This document shows positions 20,396 through 28,910 of a stretch of 64,000 nt of DNA, piece by piece; positions within the stretch are counted from its first letter, which is position 1; every line of letters begins with the position of its first letter. The notes beneath the pieces were generated by a model that had not been told where the DNA came from, did no database searches, and saw only the letters and a list, made by a program, of their open reading frames with translations. The stretch is taken from assembly GCA_043827405.1 (NCBI GenBank), contig JBDRPD010000001.1, positions 14,651 to 78,650 on the forward strand, in the 5' to 3' direction. This DNA is from Elusimicrobiota bacterium (lineage in GTDB: Bacteria; Elusimicrobiota; Elusimicrobia; UBA1565). The position numbers and the translations under genes are program-made.

Positions 20396-20854
20396 ATGGC
20401 GATAGAACGCACTTTAGTCCTCATCAAGCCGGATGGAGCGAAGCGGAAGCTGACGGGCCTGGTGATCGACCGCCTGGACGCGGCCGGGCTGACCATGGTC
20501 GGCGCGAAGGTGACGACCGTCACCGAGGAGCTCGCGCGCGAGCACTACAAAGAGCTGAAGGATAAGCCCTTTTTCGAGGACCTCATCAAGTATATTCGCG
20601 GCAAGTATCACGATATCCCCAACAGCCGCATCCTGGCCTTGGTCTACGAGGGCGAGGACGCCGTCAAGCTCACCCGCAAGGTGGCGGGGGCGACGCATCC
20701 TGAGGACGCCGAGCCGCATACCCTCCGCGGCTCGTTCGGCCGCGTCTCGCGCGCCGACCAGATCGAGAACGTGCTGCACGCCTCGGGGACCCTGCCCGAA
20801 GCGCAGCGCGAGATCGACCTGTGGTTCGCCAAGGAAGAGGTGCCGGCGGCCTGA
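20396..20854 (+). CDS. ndk: Nucleoside diphosphate kinase
   Basis: ERTLVLIKPDG, HY..LKDKPFF, GATHP..A.P.TLRG.FG and NVLHAS (catalytic His). Confidence 0.97.
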   Translation: MAIERTLVLIKPDGAKRKLTGLVIDRLDAAGLTMVGAKVTTVTEELAREHYKELKDKPFFEDLIKYIRGKYHDIPNSRILALVYEGEDAVKLTRKVAGATHPEDAEPHTLRGSFGRVSRADQIENVLHASGTLPEAQREIDLWFAKEEVPAA

Positions 20855-21804
20855 TGCGGCTTCTGCTGCTGGCCTGCGCGCTCCTGATCCCGTCCGTCGC
20901 CGCCGCTCAGGCGCCGGCCGGAGCCGGCGAAAAGCCGTTGGCGCCGGCGGTGAAGAAGAAGCCGGTGCGCAAGCAGCGGGAGCTTCCCGGCGATGTGGTC
21001 GAGATTAAGACCAAGGACGGGTGGACGCTCGCCGGGAGCTACCAGCCGGCGCGCGAGGATCAGCTGACCTTCATCCTGCTGCATGACGCGCACGGCCGCC
21101 GGCAGAACTGGTATTGGCTCACGCGCAGGATGGAGCGCAAGGGCCTCGGCTTTCTCGCCATCGATATGCGCGGCCATGGGCAGAGCCAGAACCCGCCCGA
21201 GGGCAAGGAGGCCAGCTGGCGCAAGTTCAAGCGGGCCAAGCGGGACAACGACTGGGAGAATATCCGCGAGGACGTGGAGGCGGCGGTCGCTTTTCTCGAG
21301 GAGCATGGCGTGCCTTCGGAGACGATCGCGCTGGGCGGCGCCGATGTCGGCGGCAGCATCGCGCTCAAGTACGCGGCGCTGCATGAGGAGATTGAGATGG
21401 TGTTTCTCCTGTCGCCCGGCTTCAGCTATCAAGAGGTGCTGACGGTCAACGCGATGCGCGCCTACCGCCGCCGTCCGATCCTGCTGGTGGTCGCCGACGA
21501 CGACCGCCGGTCCTCCACCGAAACGCCGATTCTGTTTCAGTTCGCCAGGAATGCGGCGGGTCCGGAAAACGCCACTTTGCTGCGGACCGAGAAGGGGCAC
21601 GGCACGCGCATGCTCTACTACAATAAGGGCGTTACCGATAAAATCGTCGGCTGGATCGAGGACCCGGTGGTGCCGCCGGAGATCGACATCTCTTCCGGGA
21701 CGACGATGAGCCCGTACGGCGAGAGCGGCGCGGACGACGGTTCGCTGCCGACCGACGGAGAGCTCGAGCGCCTCGACGAGCAGGTCCCGCCAGCGGACGA
21801 TTGA
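20854..21804 (+). CDS. Exported alpha/beta-hydrolase-fold protein with Asp at the nucleophile elbow
   Basis: ATG 20854 overlaps the ndk stop; signal peptide. Motifs 'IDMRGHGQS', elbow 'GGADVGG' and C-terminal 'GHGT'. Confidence 0.8.
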   Translation: MRLLLLACALLIPSVAAAQAPAGAGEKPLAPAVKKKPVRKQRELPGDVVEIKTKDGWTLAGSYQPAREDQLTFILLHDAHGRRQNWYWLTRRMERKGLGFLAIDMRGHGQSQNPPEGKEASWRKFKRAKRDNDWENIREDVEAAVAFLEEHGVPSETIALGGADVGGSIALKYAALHEEIEMVFLLSPGFSYQEVLTVNAMRAYRRRPILLVVADDDRRSSTETPILFQFARNAAGPENATLLRTEKGHGTRMLYYNKGVTDKIVGWIEDPVVPPEIDISSGTTMSPYGESGADDGSLPTDGELERLDEQVPPADD

Positions 21805-22721
21805 TGATCGAGGGGCGCTACCGCCGGCTTCCCACCGAGCAGCCGAACCCCGCTTCCCGGAATATCGACGCGCGCCGGACGCTGGATATCGTGCGCATTA
21901 TGCAGCGGGAAGATGCGCGCGTGCCGCGCGCGACGGCGCGCGCGGCGGCGAACATCGCCCGCGCCGTCGAGCTCATCGCGCGGTCGCTGCGGGACGGCGG
22001 GCGGCTGATATTCGTCGGCGCGGGAACGAGCGGCCGGCTCGGCGTGATCGAGGCGGCCGAGTGTCCCCCGACGTTCGGCACCCCCCCGGGGCTGGTCCGC
22101 GCGATCATGGCCGGCGGACGCGGAGCCGTTTTTCGCTCCAAGGAAGGGGCGGAGGATGATGCTCAGGACGGCGGGCGGCGGGCGCGCGCCGTCATCCGGC
22201 GCGGCGACGTCGTCGTCGGCATCGCCGCCAGCGGGATCACGCCGTTCGTGCGCGGCGCGCTGGCCGCGGCGCGGCGCGCGGGCTGCCGAACCGTCCTCGT
22301 GACTTCGAATACGCGCCGTCAGGCGCAGCCGGCGGATGTGCGCATCGCCGTCGGGGTCGGGCCGGAGGTGCTGACGGGTTCGACGCGGCTGAAAGCGGCC
22401 ACGGCCGCCAAGCTGGTGCTCAATACGCTCACCACCGCGGCGATGATCCGGCTCGGCAAGGTCTACGACCACTGGATGGTGGACCTGAAGCCGTCGTCGC
22501 GCAAGCTGCGGCAGCGGGCGCTGCGCATCCTCTGCGATTTGGGGCGCGTCGATGCGGCGCGGGCGAGGCGGCTGCTGCGCGACGCCGGCGGCAGCGTGAA
22601 AACCGCGGTGCTGATGTCCCGCCGCGGGCTGAGCGCGGCCGCGGCGAACCGGCGGCTGCGCGGCTGCGCGGGCTCGCTGCGCGCGGCCTTGGAGAATAAA
22701 AAACGGAAGGTGCGGCGATGA
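21804..22721 (+). CDS. murQ: N-acetylmuramic acid 6-phosphate etherase
   Basis: TEQPNP, GAGTSGRLG, ECPPTFG, EGAEDD, GPEVLTGSTRLKA and MIRLGKVY...MVDL. Confidence 0.95.
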   Translation: MIEGRYRRLPTEQPNPASRNIDARRTLDIVRIMQREDARVPRATARAAANIARAVELIARSLRDGGRLIFVGAGTSGRLGVIEAAECPPTFGTPPGLVRAIMAGGRGAVFRSKEGAEDDAQDGGRRARAVIRRGDVVVGIAASGITPFVRGALAAARRAGCRTVLVTSNTRRQAQPADVRIAVGVGPEVLTGSTRLKAATAAKLVLNTLTTAAMIRLGKVYDHWMVDLKPSSRKLRQRALRILCDLGRVDAARARRLLRDAGGSVKTAVLMSRRGLSAAAANRRLRGCAGSLRAALENKKRKVRR

Positions 22722-23725
22722 ACGGCAGAATTGTATGGGAGACGGTCGGCAGCGTCGTGCTCAAGGGCAATCCGCTGGGTGATCCGCGGCTGCGCGAGCT
22801 GCCGGTCTACCTGCCGCCGTCGTATAAGAACGAGCCGGAGCGGCGCTATCCGGTCATCTATTTCCTTACCGGCTTCACCGGCACGGCGCGCGGGCTGATC
22901 GAGACGCATCCGTGGAAGGAGAGCGTGGCGGAGCGCCTCGACCGGCTTATCGCCGCCCGCAAAATGCCGGAGTGCCTCCTCGTCGCGCCCGACTGCTTCA
23001 CCCGCTACGGCGGCTCTCAGTACCTGAACTCGGCGGGGACCGGCGCGTACGCGGATCACATCGTTTCCGAGCTGGTGCCTTATATGGACGCGCGCTACCG
23101 CACCAAAGCGGACGCGGAGGCGCGCGCGGTTATGGGGAAATCCAGCGGCGGCTACGGAGCGCTGATGTTCGGCCTGCGGTATCCGGAAGTGTTCCGGCAT
23201 GCCGTCAGCCACAGCGGCGACCTGTTCTTCGAAATCTGCTACGGACGCGACTTCCCCAAGTGCGTTAACGCGCTCGCCGCCTACAACGGCGGCTTCCAGC
23301 GCTTCGTCAAGGAATTCTCGCTGGCCCGGGAGAAGAGCGGCTTCCCGCAAGAGCTGGTCAATCTCGCCGGGATGGGCTCCTGCTATTCGCCCAACCGCCG
23401 CAGCCCGATCGGTTTTGATATCCCGTTCGACGAGCGTACCGGCGAGCTGATCCCCGCCGTATGGAAGCGCTGGCAGGCCTGCGATCCCGTCCGTCTCGCC
23501 GCGCGCTGCGTCCGCGCCCTGAACAAGCTTACGACCCTGTACTTCGACTGCGGCGTCAAAGACGAGTTTTTCCTGCACCTGGGGGCGCGCAAGTTCTCCC
23601 AGGTGCTCAAGAAGCTCGGGGTGCGCCATGTCTACGAGGAGCATGCGCGCGGGCACTTCGACATGAACGAACGCTACGACCGGTCGCTGGTGCGGCTCGG
23701 GCGCGAACTGCGGAAAACCGGATGA
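22718..23725 (+). CDS. Putative esterase (Fes/PF00756-like alpha/beta hydrolase)
   Basis: VYLPPSY...RYPVIYFL, GKSSGG nucleophile motif, ELVPYMD..YRT. Confidence 0.85.
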   Translation: MNGRIVWETVGSVVLKGNPLGDPRLRELPVYLPPSYKNEPERRYPVIYFLTGFTGTARGLIETHPWKESVAERLDRLIAARKMPECLLVAPDCFTRYGGSQYLNSAGTGAYADHIVSELVPYMDARYRTKADAEARAVMGKSSGGYGALMFGLRYPEVFRHAVSHSGDLFFEICYGRDFPKCVNALAAYNGGFQRFVKEFSLAREKSGFPQELVNLAGMGSCYSPNRRSPIGFDIPFDERTGELIPAVWKRWQACDPVRLAARCVRALNKLTTLYFDCGVKDEFFLHLGARKFSQVLKKLGVRHVYEEHARGHFDMNERYDRSLVRLGRELRKTG

Positions 23726-24816
23726 CGGGCCAGCCGTTCGCTCTCGGCCTGATGTCGGGGACCTCGGCCGACGGCGTTAGCCTGGCGCTTGTCGACGCGC
23801 GGCCGCGCGTCCTCGAGCATGCGACCTACGCCTACTCGCCGGCGCTGCGCCGGCGCGTCCTCGGGGCGGCCGCGCTTGCGGCCGCCGAGCTGTCGGCGCT
23901 GGATTTCGATCTCGGCCGCCTCTTCGCCCGGGCGGCGGTGCGGTTCCTGCGCCGCCGCCGCGTATCTCCGCGCCGGCTGGCGGCGGTCGGCTCGCACGGG
24001 CAGACGGTCGTGCACCGGCCTGCGAGGCCCCGGCCGTCGACGCTGCAGATCGGCGAGCCGTCGTTTTTGGCCGAGGCCCTCGGCGCGCCGGTGGTGGCGG
24101 ATTTTCGGCCGCGCGACATCGCGGCCGGCGGCGAGGGCGCGCCGCTGGTGGCGTTTTTCGACGAGGTGCTGTTCGGCGGCGGGCCGCCGGTCATCCTGCA
24201 GAATATCGGCGGGATCGGCAACGCGTCGTTTGTCGGCCGCGGGGTGCGTACGATCGCGTTCGATACCGGGCCGGGAAATGTCCTGATGGATCTCGCGGTG
24301 CGGCGCCTGACGAAAGGAGCGCTTCCGTATGACCGCGGCGGCCGGATCGCGGCCGGAGGGCGCGCCGATGAAGCGCGGGCCGCCCGGCTGCTGCGCGCTC
24401 CGTTTTTCCGCCGGCGGCCGCCGAAAAGCCTGGACCGTTCGGCGTTCGCCGAGGACTACCTGCGGCGGCATTTCCCGCCGGGCTGGGGACGCGGCGCGGA
24501 TACCGTTGCGACCTTGACCTACTTCACCGCGCTGTCGATCGCCGATGCCTGCCGGCGGCATCTGCCCTTTCGCCGTGCCCGCCGTCTCGTGCTCAGCGGC
24601 GGCGGCGCGCTCAACGCCGCGCTCGTCGGCCAGCTCCGCCGCTTGCTGGCGCCGCTTCCCGTGCAAACCAGCGCCGACTTCGGCGTTCCCGTGCTCGCCA
24701 AGGAGCCCGCGGCGATAGCGCTGATGGCGCTCTACGCCGTGCGGGGGAAGACCAACCACTGCCCGGAGGCGACCGGGGCGGCGCGGCCTCGAATCCTGGG
24801 CAAGATTACGTTCTAG
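23722..24816 (+). CDS. anmK: Anhydro-N-acetylmuramic acid kinase
   Basis: Start ATG 23722 (ATGA overlap). GLMSGTSADG, GSHGQTV.H, DFR.RDIAAGGEGAPL, NIGGIGN and FDTGPGN. Confidence 0.95.
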   Translation: MTGQPFALGLMSGTSADGVSLALVDARPRVLEHATYAYSPALRRRVLGAAALAAAELSALDFDLGRLFARAAVRFLRRRRVSPRRLAAVGSHGQTVVHRPARPRPSTLQIGEPSFLAEALGAPVVADFRPRDIAAGGEGAPLVAFFDEVLFGGGPPVILQNIGGIGNASFVGRGVRTIAFDTGPGNVLMDLAVRRLTKGALPYDRGGRIAAGGRADEARAARLLRAPFFRRRPPKSLDRSAFAEDYLRRHFPPGWGRGADTVATLTYFTALSIADACRRHLPFRRARRLVLSGGGALNAALVGQLRRLLAPLPVQTSADFGVPVLAKEPAAIALMALYAVRGKTNHCPEATGAARPRILGKITF

Positions 24817-24960
24817 CCCCGCCTTACGGCGGGACCAGCCGCCTTGATGGGCCAAGCATAGGAACTGCGGATTCCCGATAGGTTGCCAGCCCCGCCTTAC
24901 GGCGGGACCAGCCGCCTCGATGAACCGAGCATAGGAATTACGGATTCCCGATAGGCGGCT
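24815..24960. repeat. Two tandem 73-bp units with internal hairpins (REP/BIME-like)
   Basis: Units start at 24815 and 24888. Both begin AGCCCCGCCTTACGGCGGGACCAGCCGCCT and contain the hairpin CCCGCC-TTAC-GGCGGG. They fill the gap between convergent genes. Confidence 0.85.
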
Positions 24961-27214
24961 AGTACCCGAAGCGGAAGGACTTGAGGAAGCGCATGTACTC
25001 TTTGCGGTATTCGAGGAAGGTCTCTTCGGTCGTGGACAGCTTGACGACGGCGTAGGCGTCGCTGCTGGCGGGGATGAAGGCGTAGTAGTGGTGCAGCGTT
25101 ACGGTGGCGGCGGGCAGGCGACCATGCGGAAGCAGGCGCGATTCCCGTACCTCGAAGATGCGCGCCGCCCGCCCGGAGACGCGCAAAGAGCGCAGCGGCG
25201 TGGCCTCCTGTTTAGCCGGTCCTTCCCGGTCATGCAGCCGCTTGAGAAAATCCCGTGCGGGCAGATAGTCCTGGAAGTCCTTTTCATAGAAATGGACATG
25301 ATAGGCGGCGCGCCAGGCGCCCGCCGCTTCATCGGGTCCAAGAATATGGACGGAGATGCTGCGCGGCGTCTTCTCCTCGACCGTGTCCCAGCCCGCGGGG
25401 ATGTCGGCGGAAAAGCTGCGGCCGGGCGGCTGAAAATAGACATGCTTGGCGGGAGCGGCGCCGCCGTCGCGGCGGGCCGGCGCGGCTGCGAGGATGCCCG
25501 CTTGGTGCAGGATCGTGCGCGCGCCGTCCGGGGTTCCCGCCGCCGCCTGGGTGAGAAAATCGCGGAAGTCCTCGCTCCGGCTCTTCCACTCGTAAAACTG
25601 CGCCGCCCGTGCCGTCTCGAGCGCCGGGTCCTTGCCGGTATTTATACGCAGGAGGCTGTAGAATTGGAACTCCGCGAGGGTCGCCCGGTTCGCCGCCCCC
25701 GCCGCTGAAATCAGCGCATGCAGCAGCGCTCCGGCGAGCTGCTCGTCGGAGCGGGCCTTTTTGGGCCAGCTGTTGAGGTCCGGCGGCGGAACGCCGAGCC
25801 GCTCGTAAACGCCGGCCGCGGCGGGAAGCCGGTAGGTCTCGCGCCCCCGCATCAGCCGCCGCCGGGTGAGCTCGCGCACTCCGTCGTTTAAGGCGATCTG
25901 CCAGGCGCCGCCGCTGTCCGGTGCGGTTTTTTGATACCAGTCCCCGGCGCCGGAGAGGTTTTCATCGATAATGATCCCGGGGGAGCTGCGCATGAGCTCG
26001 CCGAGGGCGGCCGCCCGGTCTTCCGCCGCCGCATGACGGGCGATCAGCTCAAGCAGCTGCTTTACACGCGGCGCATACTGCGCGGTCTGCAGAAAGGCGG
26101 TGAATTTTTCGGCGTCAAAAGCCGGCGCGGGCGCGGGTTCTGCCTGAGAAGTCGCTGCCGGCGGTTCGTCTTCCGGCTCCAGGTCATCGGCCGGGCCGGT
26201 CGCCGGGGCCGTCCCGTCCGGCGGAGAGAACGGCAGCGGCAACGGCGGCGCCGGGCTCGCGGCTGCGGGCGGCGGCAGCTCCGCCGAGACCGTCGGCTTG
26301 AGAACTTCCTGCGCCAGATCAGAGTATGCCGTGGTCGTGGTGACCGGCGGCGGAACGGCGGATTCGGTTTTAAACGTCTCGGTCATCGAATGCTGCGGAG
26401 CGTCCGCCGCGCTGGGGGGGGCGACGGCCGGCGCCGAAGGGGCGGCTGCTGGCGGCGGCGCCGGAGATGCGGGCGGCGGCGCCGGAGGCGCGGGCGGCGG
26501 GGCTTCGGCGGGGGCGGAATCCGCCTGATCCAATTCTTCTTCCGTCGGCAGCGGCGGCGGACTCTCCGTTCCGCTCGCCGGCGCGGGTCGGCTCGCCGCG
26601 GCCGCGCGGGCAGCCGCGGGCTCTGCCGTCGCTACTTTAACGACGGTTGGGCTGATCCTGCTCGACAGCGGCATAAGCGGTCCGGCTAGAGTGTCGAGCG
26701 GCCGATCCCGCGGGAACGCGACGCCCCGGGGTACCGCGCTGGGGGCGAGGATGCGGCTGTCATTGGGCGGCGCCGGGCCCGCCGTCTCCGCCAGGCCGGC
26801 GTTAAGCTCGAAGGCTTCTTTGTCGGAGAAGAAGGGAGTGAGCTGGTCGCGCATGCTCTTCGACAGCAGCTTCCATTTTTTGCGGCCGATCTCCCGCAAT
26901 TCGTTCTTGTCCTCTTCAGGCAGGTCTGGCGTGAAGTTGCTGCGGTTGAAGATGAGGTTGATTCTCATCAGCGCGGTCAGCCGCGCCCCGCTGCGCAGCT
27001 CTTCGATGAGATAGAAGTAGTCGTCGGCGAGAACCGGGCTGGAGGTCTGCGGCCGCAGCAGCCGGCCTTCACTGTCGAACTGGTAGCCCTTTTCCGTAAG
27101 GAGGGTGAGATCCAGGTCGCGTACCGGCGTCTCGTTGAGGCTGAACAGGCGGCCGGGTTCGGCCTGGGCCGAGGCGAGCAGCAGTCCGGCGAGAGCGAGC
27201 GAAGCGGCGGTCAT
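24959..27214 (-). CDS. Exported hypothetical protein with a long Pro/Ala-rich linker and a PsbP-like C-terminal domain
   Basis: Signal peptide and a PAPP-rich centre. C-terminal 'FSADIPAGW...' alpha/beta domain ending 'FLKSFRF', a PsbP/DcrB-like pattern. Confidence 0.6.
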   Translation of the reverse strand: MTAASLALAGLLLASAQAEPGRLFSLNETPVRDLDLTLLTEKGYQFDSEGRLLRPQTSSPVLADDYFYLIEELRSGARLTALMRINLIFNRSNFTPDLPEEDKNELREIGRKKWKLLSKSMRDQLTPFFSDKEAFELNAGLAETAGPAPPNDSRILAPSAVPRGVAFPRDRPLDTLAGPLMPLSSRISPTVVKVATAEPAAARAAAASRPAPASGTESPPPLPTEEELDQADSAPAEAPPPAPPAPPPASPAPPPAAAPSAPAVAPPSAADAPQHSMTETFKTESAVPPPVTTTTAYSDLAQEVLKPTVSAELPPPAAASPAPPLPLPFSPPDGTAPATGPADDLEPEDEPPAATSQAEPAPAPAFDAEKFTAFLQTAQYAPRVKQLLELIARHAAAEDRAAALGELMRSSPGIIIDENLSGAGDWYQKTAPDSGGAWQIALNDGVRELTRRRLMRGRETYRLPAAAGVYERLGVPPPDLNSWPKKARSDEQLAGALLHALISAAGAANRATLAEFQFYSLLRINTGKDPALETARAAQFYEWKSRSEDFRDFLTQAAAGTPDGARTILHQAGILAAAPARRDGGAAPAKHVYFQPPGRSFSADIPAGWDTVEEKTPRSISVHILGPDEAAGAWRAAYHVHFYEKDFQDYLPARDFLKRLHDREGPAKQEATPLRSLRVSGRAARIFEVRESRLLPHGRLPAATVTLHHYYAFIPASSDAYAVVKLSTTEETFLEYRKEYMRFLKSFRFGY

Positions 27215-27250
27215 GCGGTCCTATTGTACATTCTTGCTCTTGCGTAAATA

Positions 27251-27279
27251 TTGCGCGTTCGCCGGGTATCACGCATAAT
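27251..27279 (+). promoter_or_regulatory. Putative sigma70 promoter giving a leaderless transcript
   Basis: TTGCGC-17 nt-CATAAT, 6 nt before GTG 27286. Confidence 0.5.
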
Positions 27280-27285
27280 AGGGCG

Positions 27286-28755
27286 GTGGCGGAATTAGGT
27301 AATAATCCTTTCCTGCTGTGGACCATCGGGACGCTCGCGGCTTTGGTCGTGATCGGCTTTGTGACTTCGCTGCGCGTGAAGAGCGCGTCCGATTTCTACC
27401 GCGCCGGCAAAAAGGTGCCGGCGTGGGCGGTCGCGATATCGCTGGTCGCCGCCGAGATGTCGGTCATCACCGTGCTCGGCCTCTCCGCTGAGGCCTATGC
27501 CAAGGACTGGCGCTATGTGCATTTCTTCCTCGGCGCGGCGGCCGGACGCGTCGTCGTCGCGGCGCTGTTCGTGCCGGCGTTCTATGCGGCGGGGGATCCG
27601 TCGATCTACCAGTACCTGCGCGGCCGTTTCGGACCGCCCGTGCAGTATGCCGCCTCCGGCCTGTTCTGCGCTACGCGGCTGACCGGCGGCGCGGTGCGGC
27701 TGCTGCTGGCGGCGATCACGGTTTCTATTCTGACCGGCGTGCCGCCCCACTTCATCCTTGTCCCGGTCTGCCTGGTGAGCGTATGCTATCTCGGCTTCGG
27801 CGGCGCGGCGGCGGCCGTATGGGGCGGCGTTCTGCAGGCGGCCGTTATCACGGGCGCGGGGCTCGCGCTGCTGGTATTTCTTCAGGGGCGCCTGCAGGGG
27901 GGCGTCGGCGAGCTGATGCATGTCGCGCGGGAGGCCGGACGGCTGGACCTGTGGGGGCGCGGCGCGGGAGACAGTATGGCGGCGGCCATGCTCGGGGCTT
28001 TTGTCGGCGCACTGTGGTCCTTCGGCGCCGACCAGGAGATGATGCAGCGGGTGCTGTGCGTGCGCGATATGCGGGCGGGACGGCGCGCCCTGCTGGCGAG
28101 CATCCCTTTGGCCGGCGCGGCGATGGCGGTCTTTCTCGCGGCCGGAACGGGAATCTTCCTCTATTATGAGCAGCATCCGGAGCTGGCGCTGCCCCCGCAT
28201 GCGAGCTATATCTTCTCGCACTTTTCGGTGCAGGTGCTGCCGGAGCCTCTGCTCGGGCTGCTGGCCGCCGCGATCCTGATGGCGGCGGTCGACCTGCCGC
28301 TGGTGGGGCTGGCGACGGTGGCGGTCAGGGATTTCCCGTTTTTCCGCCAGGCGCGCAAGAGGGGACAGTCCCAGCTGCTCAACGTATTTTCGGCCGTGCT
28401 CGCGGCCGGCGCGCTGTCCGCCGGGCTCGCCTTTCTGCTGCTCTCGCATACCGAGTGGATTTGGCGGGCGATCCGTGCTTCCGGGCTGCTGATGAGTCCC
28501 GTGCTCGGCGCTTTTGTCATCGGCATCTGCACGCGCTGGCGGGTGCCGCGCGCCTGCGCCTGGGTCGTTCCGTCGGTGGCCGGCGCTAATTTACTGCTGC
28601 TCGCCGGCTCGGAGTACGGGGCGCTTCCCCTGGGCTGGCGGGGTCTTATGGTATTCGGCGTGTTCGGTACGGTGATTCTTGTCCGGCTTCTGGGGCCCCT
28701 CCTCGACGGCCGCAAGTTCGCCAACAAAGGCACCAGTAAAGGTACCGGTTATTAA
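27286..28755 (+). CDS. Sodium:solute symporter (SSS) family transporter
   Basis: About 13 hydrophobic segments. 'DFYRAGKKVPAWAVAISLVAAEMS', 'SIYQYLRGRFG' and 'GADQEMMQRVL'. Confidence 0.9.
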   Translation: MAELGNNPFLLWTIGTLAALVVIGFVTSLRVKSASDFYRAGKKVPAWAVAISLVAAEMSVITVLGLSAEAYAKDWRYVHFFLGAAAGRVVVAALFVPAFYAAGDPSIYQYLRGRFGPPVQYAASGLFCATRLTGGAVRLLLAAITVSILTGVPPHFILVPVCLVSVCYLGFGGAAAAVWGGVLQAAVITGAGLALLVFLQGRLQGGVGELMHVAREAGRLDLWGRGAGDSMAAAMLGAFVGALWSFGADQEMMQRVLCVRDMRAGRRALLASIPLAGAAMAVFLAAGTGIFLYYEQHPELALPPHASYIFSHFSVQVLPEPLLGLLAAAILMAAVDLPLVGLATVAVRDFPFFRQARKRGQSQLLNVFSAVLAAGALSAGLAFLLLSHTEWIWRAIRASGLLMSPVLGAFVIGICTRWRVPRACAWVVPSVAGANLLLLAGSEYGALPLGWRGLMVFGVFGTVILVRLLGPLLDGRKFANKGTSKGTGY

Positions 28756-28864
28756 CTTTAACTTTTGATTTAAGAATGGGAAAACGTCAGCAAAAGTTAA
28801 TGTTAATAACCGGTACCGAAATAATGTTAAAAACCGGTACCGGATGGAGGGTGGTACCGGATGG
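28741..28864. repeat. AT-rich 27-bp inverted repeat plus GGTACC(G) direct repeats
   Basis: 28741-28767 and 28791-28817 are reverse complements with 1 mismatch. GGTACC occurs at 28741, 28812, 28836 and 28853. Confidence 0.8.
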
Positions 28865-28872
28865 GGGGCGCA

Positions 28873-28901
28873 TTGACAAATCACGGCCGGAGCCTAATAA
28901 T
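28873..28901 (+). promoter_or_regulatory. sigma70 promoter of the kinase pair
   Basis: TTGACA-17 nt-AATAAT, 9 nt before ATG 28911. Confidence 0.65.
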
Positions 28902-28910
28902 TATAGGGCC

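Noticed and set aside
24815..24960. Possible mini-CRISPR (30-bp repeat plus 43-bp spacer)
   Set aside because: Only two units, the 'spacers' are similar to each other, and there are no cas genes. It is a tandem duplication.
28328..28372. GGGACAGTCCC mini-palindrome and a degenerate partner inside the SSS gene
   Set aside because: Short, single occurrence in the window, and explainable by chance in coding DNA.
28776..28910. Upstream extensions given by the ORF track (also at 6850, 8317, 9970, 20821, 23461, 30985, 39227, 40589, 51135, 56682, 59113 and 60209)
   Set aside because: Downstream starts fit better with SD or promoter positions, stop-start overlaps and signal peptides.
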